DNA of 63,864 nucleotides, filler included, from Octopus bimaculoides (GCF_001194135.2; 6 parts of 6 records of this genome joined end to end with filler, not necessarily neighbours in it), one strand, 5' to 3'. Positions 37,658-49,198 are shown, counted from the whole stretch's first letter. A program made the numbers and translations. The notes: generated from the sequence alone by a model not told the origin.

Positions 37658-37808
37658 GGTTGTGTGGTAAGAAGCCTGCTTCCCAACCACATGTTTCTGG
37701 GTTCAGTCTCACTGCACGGGACCTTGGACAAGTGTCTTCTACTATAATTTCGGGTTGACCAGAGCCTTGTGAGTGGATTTGGTAGAAGGAAACTGAAAGA
37801 AGCCCGTC

Positions 37809-37845
<37 letters not shown>

Positions 37846-37972
37846 CGTGCGTGTGTGTGTATTTGTGTGTGCCTTTGTGTCTGTTTGTCGCCCCACTCAC
37901 CATCGCTCGATAAATGATGTTGGTGTGTTTACGTCCAATGTTGTGGTTCGGCAAAAGACACCGATAGAATGT
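37658..37972 (+). mobile_element. SINE family A (3'-incomplete)
   Basis: Head and body as in the other A copies. Confidence 0.85.
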
Positions 37973-40964
37973 CGATATATATAATAATAATTGTTATCGT
38001 TAGGCTTAAGAATATTAGCGTATGTCTTTCGTCCCTCCTGGGGTAGATAGAATAAAGCACCAGTCAAGTACTTGAGATTGATGGTATCGACTATTTGCCC
38101 CTCCCTTCAAAATTGTAAGCCTTGTGGCTAAAACAGAAACGATTAGCGTATGGATGCATGTTCGCATGTATGTATGTATGTACGTACCCCGTCGCAGAGT
38201 TAACCTCTTTGATTCTGTCTGGCTTTAATATCTACTTCTCCCTCTATACAATTACATCTGTCTCACTTGCCTATCCACTGGGAGCCTTTACAATCTTTGT
38301 TTTTTGTTTTGTCCTCTTTCAAACCGTTCTTATTCATTAAACCTGTCTCTTTCCACTACTTTTTAAAACTTTAACTCTTACACAGATTCGTTCATTCACT
38401 TAACTGTAACACCAACACAGAATACAAGAGTCGTGCGTACCGAATTGCCAGCTACAGTTCTCATCTATTTTCTTCAAACCTTTCCTCTCAAACTATCCCG
38501 AGTTAATTCTTTACTGTCATTCACTTCTTCAACCAATCGTTCACTTTATAACCACTTTTTTCTTCTAATTCTCTCCCTCGTTCACTATATTTAATCTCCT
38601 TTCAGATGCTGTTCTTCTCTCAATCTCCGTATTTCACTCAATTGCTTGTTCTTCCCTCAAGCCTGTCTTCCTCTCATTCAGCCGCTCGTCTTTCATATTT
38701 TTCACCCACTCTTTGGCTGGGTTTTTTATTTTTCGTCATTGTTTTATGTTTGCCACAGTTCTCTCTGTTTTCTTTCATTCGTCGTAATCACCACCACCAC
38801 CACTACCACGATATATATGTCTGACATTGCTCCCCCTCTCTCTCTAAAATAACATTACATCTCTTCCCTTTCTCGGTGTTCCTTTGAGTCTGCATCTTTC
38901 CCTCTATAAAAATTTCTTGCCTTTCTTTCTCTTTAACTCTCCATCATTCTTCACCGTTTTTTTTCCCCTTCTAACTTTTTTATCTTTTAAATTCTTTTAT
39001 ATTCTTTATCAATTTTTTCCCCAACTGCCTCACTCTCGCTCCTCTCTCTCAATTGTCGCACTTACTCCTGTGTCTTAATTGCTTACTTTTCTCCTTAACT
39101 CTCTTTCTTTAAATCTCTCTATACTTTCCCCTCACTGTCTCTTTCTGTCGCTCCATCATGTCCGGCTTATTTGCACATCATTTTCGTAGCATTTTCTAAC
39201 CTTTTTTCCCCCTAGCTCTGCACTTCTTTCTCTCTTTTGCCATTGGCTCTATTCCTAACTCCATCTTTCCATCTACCCTTTCTTCCTTTCTCTGTATCTT
39301 AATCTCTTCAGCATTTTATTTTTGCTTCTTCACCTTCCTCATATTCAGAACTATGTAAACTCCCCTTCTGTATCGAGAGAGAGAGAGAGAGAGAGAGAGA
39401 TAAAAAAAAAACGTGTAAGGCACACACGCATCTGAATACACATGCGTACACACATCAATACGCTTCCATTTATTTTTTCCGTCTTCATTCATGTATCTCC
39501 TACGTATCCTCATATATGCTATAGCCTCTCTTCACTACTTTTAGTTGTTCTTTGTCTATCTATCTATCTATCTATCTATCTATCACTACCTATCTATTTG
39601 TCCATCTGTCTGTCTATCAATCTATCTATCGTTTTCATTCTTAACGTTTTTTTTTTCTTTTAATTCCAATTCTCTATCTATCTAGTCATCTATCTGTCCA
39701 ACTATCCATATATCTATTCATTCATCTGTCTCTATCTTTCTACCTATCATTTTCATTCTCAATGTTTTGCTTTCTTCCAATTTTCTATCTACCTATCCCT
39801 CTATCTATCTGTGTGTCTGTCTATCTATCTGTCTGTCTGTCTATCTATCTATCTATTTATCTATCTATCTATCTCTCTATTTATCCATCTATCTTCTTGT
39901 GTGTGTGTGTGTCTCTCTCTCTCTCTCTCTCTCTTTCACACACACACACAACACTTACACACACACATAACACTTACCCACACGCGCGTGCGGTTCATTC
40001 TTTACTACTTTATTTCAGCGATAACATTTCCCTCCCTCCATGCACTCAAATTTGTTTTTCTCCTTCTTCTTTCACTATACAATGATCTCTTTTACACATT
40101 CCCCCCCCCAATCTCTCGTTCCCTTCCACTACCTCATCAAACATTACAAATTCGCGACTTCGTTCCATTCTTTCTTCTTCTTCTTTTACAGTTTTTCCTT
40201 CTATTTCTCGTCCTCCTAATCTTACTTTATTCTTCTTGTCCATTTTATTTTTAGACATAGTTATTACCGTTTCTTTCTTTTTTTTGACTCCAAATACTAT
40301 TTTTTAAAGGAACTTCTATATGACATTATTACTTACCAGCTTAGATTTTCTCACACATTCTCATACGTTTTCACAAGCAGACTAGTTTTTTTTAATCCTG
40401 ATATTATTTTTTCTTCCTGGCACCGTTCTTTTATCCTTCTTTTCTTTCTTTCCCTGTTTCTTTCGTCCATCGCATCGCGTATATTCGCCAAAAATAATGA
40501 TCAAAACAAACATACATATCTATCTGTTTATATATATATATACATATATATATATACATGTANNNNNNNNNNNNNNNNNNNNNNNNNNNNNNNNNNNNNN
40601 NNNNNNNNNNNNNNNNNNNNNNNNNNNNNNNNNNNNNNNNNNNNNNNNNNNNNNNNNNNNNNNNNNNNNNNNNNNNNNNNNNNNNNNNNNNNNNNNNNNN
40701 NNNNNNNNNNNNNNNNNNNNNNNNNNNNNNNNNNNNNNNNNNNNNNNNNNNNNNNNNNNNNNNNNNNNNNNNNNNNNNNNNNNNNNNNNNNNNNNNNNNN
40801 NNNNNNNNNNNNNNNNNNNNNNNNNNNNNNNNNNNNNNNNNNNNNNNNNNNNNNNNNNNNNNNNNNNNNNNNNNNNNNNNNNNNNNNNNNNNNNNNNNNN
40901 NNNNNNNNNNNAACAGTAACATCCACCCCTAGGGGTCAGCCACACTTAAGTGGCAATATACTAC

Positions 40965-41002
<38 letters not shown>

Positions 41003-41318
41003 CATATTTGCCGTTTCTCAATTTAGAATTGCAGAAAATCCTTATAGTGCGCGCGTGAATGTGTGTGTGTGTTTGTGTATGTATGTATGTATGCATGTTT
41101 GTGTATATGTATTTGTACATATACATACGTATGCAAATGTATGTGTATATACTTATATGTCCATATATATATATACAATCATATATGTATGCATATATAC
41201 ATATATATGAGAGTATAATATATAAATACATACAATGATGGCTAAATTGAAATGTATATAAATTTGTGTGTGAGTATTCACACACATATATATGCATTTA
41301 ACATCAATAATGTATGTG

Positions 41319-41349
<31 letters not shown>

Positions 41350-41754
41350 TTTTACTAGTTTCAGCTGGAGAGTTACGGCCATGCTGGGGCACCGCCGTTA
41401 GTTTTGTTATACTCTCTTTACTTGAAACCTCCTCTCATAAATATATATAAGTATTTAAAGATCTGATGATTGAAAATTAAGAACTGTGGAAGTTATGCCT
41501 TCCCAAAGATCATTAGCAGAGTTAAACAGATACAACACTATGTGTCATAAATTTGTTCACTTGATACTAATAAATTATTGATAGAAACATTGAAATCACA
41601 GTCGCTCTGCAATTCTATATCAATGCTAGAATAAAGAAAGCTGCTATTAATTAGTCTGGAGTATGTAAGTTCGTCTGAAAGAAAGCAATTAAAATTGACA
41701 CTATCTAGAAAATTCTTATAAATTCCAATTTTGATATATTTTTCTCAAAATGTG

Positions 41755-41793
<39 letters not shown>

Positions 41794-42057
41794 GTAATAA
41801 GAAATGGAGGGGATTAATAGGTGGTATTCATCAACTTGCAAGTAAAAGATAAAATATATATTTAACTGAGAACTCTTACTTGGTTAAGTCAAGTGAACAC
41901 AATACCTCATTCTGTCATAAATTCTAACGCTGTCTTTGAGTGCTTGGTATTATTCTACATTTATTTACCAAGTGAGTGAGTACTACAAGACATAAGCCAG
42001 GTACAAAAGCAAAATTAGACGTAACAAAAGAGAAAAATCACACAGACCAGAAAAGTA

Positions 42058-42217
42058 CATTATTTACATTGTTTACATTGTTTACATTCGATGGATATTT
42101 GTCTTCATCTTGTTTGTTGTTAACACAACGTTTCGGCTAATATACCCTCCAGCCTTCTTCAGGTGTCTTGGGGAAATTTCGAACCTGGGTTCTCATTCCT
42201 AAGGTATTTTTTTATGC

Positions 42218-42256
<39 letters not shown>

Positions 42257-42327
42257 TCAGGACACTGCTTGGAATCGAACTCGTAATCTTGGGGTTAGTA
42301 GCCCACTTGCATATGGCGTAGTGGTTA
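42058..42327 (-). mobile_element. tRNA-headed, hammerhead-containing short retroposon with 12-bp TSD and 5' micro-inversion
   Basis: TSD accagaaaagta at 42046-42057 and 42328-42339. Minus strand: gggctactaacccc, gagttcgattcc (B box), (AAT)n, hammerhead motif, and an (AATGTAAAY)n tail. Confidence 0.8.
42122..42167 (-). ncRNA. Minimal hammerhead ribozyme motif
   Basis: GACAC CTGAAGA A GGCTG gagggtatat TAGCC GAAAC GTT GTGTT: stem I GACAC/GTGTT, stem II GGCTG/TAGCC, palindromic AACGTT in place of helix III. Confidence 0.6.
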
Positions 42328-42370
42328 ACCAGAAAAGTAGTGTGTAAATATTATTCAGGGTGATCTTTCT

Positions 42371-42754
42371 CTTTACCCTTTTACTTGTTTCAGTCATTTG
42401 ACTGTGGCCATGCTGGAGCACCGCCTTTTAGTTGAGCAAATCGACCCCAGGACTTATTCTTTGTAAGCCTAGTACTTATTCTATAATTCTCTTTTGCAGA
42501 ACCGCTAAGTTACGGGGACGTAAACACACCAGCATTGGTTATCAAGCAACGTTGGGGGCACAGACACAGACACACAAACATATACACACACATACATATA
42601 TACAACAGGCTTCTTTCAGTTTCTGTCTACCAAATCCATTCACAAGGTTTTGGTCGGCCCGAGGCCATAGTAGAAGACACTTGCCCAAGGTGCCACGCAG
42701 TGGTAATGAACCCGGAACCATGTGGTTGGTAAGCAAGCTACTTACCACACAGCC
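42371..42754 (-). mobile_element. SINE family A, full length
   Basis: Colinear with the 35128 copy. Confidence 0.9.
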
Positions 42755-43187
42755 GTAATAACAAAGAATTCTTTCTACCAAGGTCAATGTTGCCCTTCAT
42801 CCGTTTAGGGTCAATAAAGAAAGTGCTAGTTCAGCCCCGCAATTGATGTAATCAATTCATGCTTTACCCAGACTTGTTGAACTTATTGCCAAAATTTGAA
42901 GACCATAACAAATAATTCTTTCTGCCAAGATTGACTTTGCCCTTCATCCTTTCAGGGTTGATAAAATAAGTACCAGTTGAATACTGAGGGTTGAAGCAAT
43001 CAACTTACCCCTACCCCGTAATTGCTGGCCTTGTGCCAAAATTTGAAACCAGTAATAAATGAGTTCTAATTTGCGCATAAGGTCAGAAGTTTTGAAGGGA
43101 AAAGGCTAATTAACACCATTGACCCTGTACTTTACTAGCCCTTCTTTTTATCTCTCTCCAGAGGGTTAAAGGCTTAGTTTACCCTAA

Positions 43188-43413
43188 TCATCATCATCAT
43201 CGTTTAACGTCCGCTTTCCATGCTAGCATGGGTTGGATGATTTGAATGAGGACTGGTGAACCGGATGCCTACGCCAGGCTCCAATCTGATCTGGCAGAGT
43301 TTCTACAGCTGGATGCCCTTCCTAATGCCAACCACTCGGAGAGTGTAGTGGGTGCTTTTTACATGTCACCGGCACGAGGGCCAGTCAGGCGGTACTGGCA
43401 ACGGTCACGCTCA
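43188..43413 (-). mobile_element. SINE or LINE-tail family E ((GAT)n-tailed on the minus strand)
   Basis: catcatcatcgtttaacgtccgctttccatgctagcatggg...ctacagctggatgcccttcctaa; relatives at 46598, 47215 and about 58990. Confidence 0.75.
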
Positions 43414-43439
43414 AATATGTGTGTGTGTGTGTATACAGA

Positions 43440-43915
43440 GAGAGAATGGTACAAATAATGTGATATATGTGTGTGTGTGTGTAATGTGTATGTAACACAT
43501 ATGATATATATATATATTATATGTGTGTGTGTATCTAGATGTATTTATATGTATATATGCATGAATGTGTGTGTGTGTGCATGTACAAAGACAAAGAGAG
43601 AAAGGGACATAGAATATGTAATATATATATATGCGTGTGTGAAATGTGTATGTAACACATATATATATATTATATATGTATGTGTATCTATATATATATT
43701 TGTATGTATATATGCATGCATGCATGTATGTGTGTGTGTGTACAAAGAGAAAGAGAGAAAGGGAGATACAATATGTAACATATATATATGTGTGTGTGTG
43801 TGTGTGTGTAATGTGTATGTAACACATAATATATATCATATACATGTGTCTATCTATATATATATTTGTATGTATATATGCATGCATGTGTGTGTGTGTG
43901 TGTGTGTGTGTGTAA
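43440..43915. repeat. About 160-167-bp higher-order repeat of compound microsatellites, 3 copies
   Basis: Anchor aatgtgtatgtaacacat at 43483, 43643 and 43810. Confidence 0.85.
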
Positions 43916-44308
43916 AGATGGTGGATATGGAGAAAGAGAAAAAGAGAGACGAATAAGATGAAGAGAAGGAGGGAAGAAATATTTAAATATACCAAAATAT
44001 CCACTGGCATTTCAATTTTCGTTATTTCTTAATCATAAGAACATTACTTTTTTTTTTCTTTTATCAATTTGAACTAGAATAAGACATTGCTCTTCTTCAA
44101 GAACTGCAGAAAATCTAGACCATTTTCTCTGTTGCTAACATATTAGTTTCTTTCTTTCTGCCATTCTTTCTGCCTTATCTTTCTTTTTGTATTTTTAAAC
44201 ATTTTTTTTTTTCCTCAAGAATACTTCGGTGGAAATCTTTGGTTTTATTTTTACTCTTCTTTTATTTCTTTTTGGGGTTTATCATCATCATTATCATCAT
44301 CATCATCA

Positions 44309-44346
<38 letters not shown>

Positions 44347-44559
44347 TAAGGTGGCGAGGTGGTAGAATCATTAACATGCCAGGTAAAACGTTTAGCGGTA
44401 TCTCACCCATTGCTGTGTTCTGAGTTCAAATCCTGTTGAGGCCAACTTTGCCTTTTGTTCTTTCAAGATCACTAAAATAGATACCAGTAGAACACTGGGG
44501 TAGATGAAATCAACTTACCTGCCTCCAAAATTGCTGGCCATGTGCCAAAATTTGAAACA
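44347..44559 (+). mobile_element. SINE family B within (TTA)n
   Basis: aaggtggcgaggtggtagaatc...gtgccaaaatttgaaac, with TTA tracts on both sides. Confidence 0.8.
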
Positions 44560-44600
44560 ATTATTGTTATTATCATCATTATTATTATTATTATTATTGA

Positions 44601-44648
<48 letters not shown>

Positions 44649-44651
<3 letters not shown>

Positions 44652-44900
44652 GGCAATGAACTGGCAGAGTTGTTAGCACGGCAGACAAAATGCTTAGAAG
44701 CATTTGAACTCAGTACTTAGAAGTATTTGAACTCAGTACTTAGAAGTATTTGAACTCAGAATGTAAAAATACCGCCCAGGTCAACTTTGTCTTTCATCCT
44801 TTCGGGACTGATTAAATAAGTACCAGTTACGTGCTGGGGTCGATGTAATCGACTTACTCCTCCCTCTGAACTTACTGGCTTTAAACCAAAATTTGAAACC
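44649..44900 (+). mobile_element. SINE family B with internal inversion and 23-bp tandem duplication
   Basis: The B-box region reads in reverse (atttgaactcagaatgtaaaaataccgc) and atttgaactcagtacttagaagt is repeated. Confidence 0.8.
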
Positions 44901-46409
44901 ATTATTATCATTATTGTTATTATTATTATTATTATCATTATATTATTAGTACTATCATCATCATGATCGTCATCATCATCATCATCATCATCATTACTTT
45001 TCTTTCTGTTTTCCTCTGTTACTGTGAATTAAACAGATCTGCGGTAACATCATCACCGTAGCCTATCTGTAAAGCCTATCTCATCTGCTTCGCCAAAAAT
45101 GCATCATCTTAAATCTTAATTGGTTTTTCTTCAACTACCATATTTTTAACTAGCAGCTCGGTACTTTTTCACTCTACTTCTAAGTAATTTATTCATAATA
45201 CATATCCGTACGGATATTGCACATTTTTGATGTCTTTATCATCTAATTCTGGCTCAAACAGAACCAATACCGACTACTTAACAGCAAGCGTATGTCTAAA
45301 GAAGAAACACAAAAATATAATTGAAGTTTATCAGTCGAGGCGATATCTTTTTGAGTGTCATGCTTATTCTATTTTGAGTCGGCTGGCATCTACAAAATAA
45401 TAGCGGGAACATCTTTTTAAGAGAATACCATGAATGTTAAAAAGAAATTTTGCAGAAAGCTTTTAAATAGATAGCAATGTCTATTTTAATATGTTAGATT
45501 TGTGAAAGAAATATATCTGAAATAAAATAAGGAAATGAAAAAAATAGGAAAATCTCTATGTACGACAGTAAATCTGTGTGATGGTTTCTGTGTAATATAA
45601 CGAATAAATCACCTCCTAATCAAATCAGACGTGTTTCAAGTCTTAATCCTTGGGTGACATATCTGACACAGCCAAAACGGTCACAGCCAGGAAACTAACT
45701 GATTGATTGATCAATAAAATTTGAGCAAGCAGGTCCGACTTATTCGATGAGTCAACCACTCAGTGTGAAAGTGCCAATAGACCGCATAATTTAAGCTGTT
45801 CCCTAGCCTACAAATGCTTGGTTAAAATACTGCACAGAATCAATATACTACCTGTGATATACAACAATATGCGATAAAACAAAAAGAGAAGGAAGAAAAA
45901 AGGAAAAAAAAAAGTTAGGCTTTAGTTCGTGTGTTGATTTTGTGAGTCACCATCAAACATTTTGATTGGCTGTCCTCCATAGTTTCCGTTTCGTTTGTCA
46001 AAGCTGATGGAAAAAGAAAAAAAACTGATCTGAAATTGTAATAAAAATGAAAAAGAAAGGCTGTAGACATTTTGCAGATAAAGATATGGATTAGGAAAAA
46101 AGGGAGTCATCAGACTTGCTTAACATGTGCAATGCAATTTTGATAAACTTTTCGATATTACTGGACTGTCATAAATAAAATGTGTGCGTGTGTGTGTGTA
46201 TGTGTGTATGACTCACTAAATAGGCTTCAATTACAAAAGTGTATACAAATATATGTATGCATGTACTATTTAAAAAATCCATGCAAACGTACATATATAT
46301 ACATATGCATGTGCATATATATGTATATATATATATACACACACAAATGCACACATACATATGTATGAGTTTATTTACATATATATATGTGTGTATATAT
46401 ATATATACA

Positions 46410-46453
<44 letters not shown>

Positions 46454-46503
46454 CATCTAGATACATGTATAAGCAAATGTATATGTATGTATAAATATCA
46501 GTA

Positions 46504-46575
<72 letters not shown>

Positions 46576-46597
46576 AATATATACATATACATATACA

Positions 46598-46767
46598 TAA
46601 AAGCACCCATTACACTCTTGCAGTGGTTGGCATTGGGAAGGGTATCCAGCCATGGAGACCCTGCCAAATCAGACTAGATTCTGGTACAGTCTTCCAGCTT
46701 GCCATCCTTGGTCAAACCGTCCAACCCATGCAAACATGGACAATGGATGTTAAATGATGATGATGAT
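46598..46767 (+). mobile_element. Family E fragment ending in (GAT)n
   Basis: Reverse complement of the pattern seen at 43188. Confidence 0.7.
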
Positions 46768-46817
<50 letters not shown>

Positions 46818-46818
<1 letters not shown>

Positions 46819-47112
46819 GCAGCTGTGGTAAGTTATAGAAATGCGAAATATTCAGCCTCCTCAAAATAAGGGTAGAGGAACATCGCAAAGCTGTGACACG
46901 GGGAGATATTGATAAATCAGGTATAGGTGATCATGTATGGGAAAATGGAGACCAACTCCCCCTGTGGGATGAAGTTAAAATAATAGACAGAGAAACTAAA
47001 AGAAGCAGCACATATGCTAGGACACAACAACCTCTTAAGCAGACCAAGTGCAGATATGAATAGCATATGGGAACCGGTATTAAAGAAGAATAGGAAAATA
47101 TTAGATTTATAA
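46818..47112 (+). pseudogene. PLE GIY-YIG endonuclease C-terminal remnant
   Basis: CSCGKL*...LKIRVEEHRKAVTRGDIDKSGIGDHVWENGDQLPLWDEVKIIDRE / LKEAAHMLGHNNLLSRPSADMNSIWEPVLKKNRKILDL*. The CxCG..Y...R..EH...DH.W...W..V.II.RE...KEA pattern is typical of Penelope-type endonucleases. Confidence 0.8.
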
Positions 47113-47142
47113 GCCCTAAAAATTCACTCCGTAACTGCCCAC

Positions 47143-47540
47143 GGACATATGGTGTAGTGGTTAAGAGTGCAGGCTGCTAACCCCAAGATTCCAAGTTTGA
47201 TTCCAGGTAGTGACATCATCATCATCATCATCGTCGTTTAACATCCGCTTTCCATGCTAGCATTGGTTGGACGATTTGACTGAGGACTGGTGGACCAGGA
47301 GGTGACAGCAGGCTCCGATCTGATTTGGCAGAGTTTCTACAGCTGGATGCCCTTCTGAATGATAATAATAATAATAACATCAAGAAAATACCTTGGTAAT
47401 GAGAACCCAGGCTCGAAATTTCCCCAAGACACCTGATGAAGGCTGGAGGGTATATCAGCCGAAACATTGTGCCAACAATAAACAAGATGAGGACAAATAT
47501 CCATCAAATGTAAATAACGTAAACAATGTAAATAATGAAA
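47143..47540 (+). mobile_element. Second copy of the tRNA-head plus hammerhead module, interrupted by a family-E fragment (47215-47356)
   Basis: A box tggtgtagtgg (47150-47160), ggctgctaacccc, degenerate B box, (AAT)n, hammerhead motif at 47428-47473, and an AATGTAAAY tail. Confidence 0.8.
47428..47473 (+). ncRNA. Minimal hammerhead ribozyme motif (slightly decayed)
   Basis: GACAC CTGATGA A GGCTG gagggtatat CAGCC GAAAC ATT GTGCC; the G>A after GAAAC is consistent with CpG decay. Confidence 0.55.
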
Positions 47541-48176
47541 ATAATGTGCTGTGTACTCAGTGATCAGTGCAAGCAACAAGTATACAAAAGATGCTGTAGA
47601 ATTTCTTGCAGTATATACCCTTTTTACTTTTAGCAGTTAATAATGATAAAAGCTATGTCAGTTATTTGAGATATAAAATATTCTTTCTTTACCTGATTAA
47701 CTAAGCAAGTGACTAACGCATGACCGACATTGCTTGATGTTTTTAACATCTCAACAACTAGATAAATCTGCTTGCTTTCTCTGCCTTCGTTTTCATTAAT
47801 AGCTTTCCCAACGATATTGAAGCTAAGTTTGAATGATGGGTCCCCCTTTTTAGGCAGTCAATCCCTAACTATTCAACTCATATTTCTTCAGAATGAACAA
47901 CTTCACATAGTTATACTTTTTCGGGCTTCTTTCTTTTCACTGTCTCTAAGGACGAATGCACCAGAGTCGTTTTTGAAACATTGTTCATCGCTGATACCCT
48001 GAGTCATACATATAGACACTCCTTGGTGATTTGCGACACTTCATAACTCTCATTTAAATGGAACAGAACATAAGCAAATATACAGCAAATATACAAGATG
48101 AGGACAAATATCCGTCAAATGTAAATAATGTAAATAATAAGCAAATATACTTTAGCATTTAGCAAATATGCCTTAA

Positions 48177-48397
48177 CCCTTTTGTTACCATATTTCTGTT
48201 GAGATGCTCTGTGTTTCTTTCAATTAATTTTAAATACAACAAAGAATTTAGTAAAATAACTTGGTTATCATTAAGCTAGTGTTAGGAACATAAATTGTGA
48301 CTAAGGTTTGGCGGAGGAGTTTAATTCAGAACTTTTGAAAACAAGACATTTGTACTCAGAGCCAGAGGTGGTTTCAGCCGAGTTGGTATCAAAAGGG
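48177..48397. mobile_element. piggyBac-type MITE, copy 1
   Basis: Flanked by TTAA on both sides; TIRs cccttttgttacc / ggtatcaaaaggg. Confidence 0.85.
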
Positions 48398-48428
48398 TTA
48401 AGAATTGTTTCTCTATTATATATTTTAA

Positions 48429-48650
48429 CCCTTTTGTTACAGTATTTCTGTTGAGACGCTCTGTGTTTCTTTCAATTAATTTTAAATATAACAAAGGATT
48501 TAGTAAAATAACTTGGTTATCATTAAGCGGGTGTTAGGAACATAAATTGTGACTAAGGTTTGGTGGGAGATTTTAATTCAGGACCTTTGAAAACAAGATA
48601 TTTGTATTACAGAGTTAGAGGCAGTTTCAGCCAGGTCGGTAACAAAAGGG
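48429..48650. mobile_element. piggyBac-type MITE, copy 2
   Basis: TTAA on both sides; perfect 13-bp TIR cccttttgttacc / ggtaacaaaaggg; colinear with copy 1. Confidence 0.88.
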
Positions 48651-48654
48651 TTAA

Positions 48655-48869
48655 TACTAGTTTCAAATCTTGCCATCTGACCCAGCAATTTCAGGGGAAG
48701 GTGTAAGTCGATTACATCAACCACAGTATTTGATTGATTCTTATTTTATCGACCCTGAAAGGATAAAAGGCAAAGTTGACCTCGGTGGAATTTGAACTCA
48801 GAATGTTGACAGATGAAATGCTGCTAAGCATTTTGCCCAGAGTGCTAACGATTCTGCCAGCTTGCTGCC

Positions 48870-48872
<3 letters not shown>
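48655..48872 (-). mobile_element. SINE family B abutting (AAT)n
   Basis: Head aaggcagcaagctggcagaatcgttagcac on the minus strand. Confidence 0.85.
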
Positions 48873-48954
<82 letters not shown>

Positions 48955-49198
48955 TATTGCTTTCAAATTTTGGCATAACACCAGTTATTTTGAGGAAGGA
49001 GGTAATCAACCCCAGTATGCAACTGGTACTTATTTTATTGACCTTGAAAGGATGAAAAGCAGAGTGAACCTTGGGCAAGTGTTTTATACTATAGTCCTGA
49101 GCTGGTTAATGCTTTATAAGTGGATTAGGTAGACAGAAACTGTAAAGAAGCCCATCATATATGTGTGTCTCAGGGACATGCCGCCTCGGTAGGCAAGG

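Noticed and set aside
47143-47214. Possible tRNA-Ser gene (and other tRNA-like heads at 12685, 16935, 21557, 33004 and 56945)
   Set aside because: A/B boxes are present, but there is no complete cloverleaf or acceptor stem, and each continues into a repeat body; these are retroposon heads.
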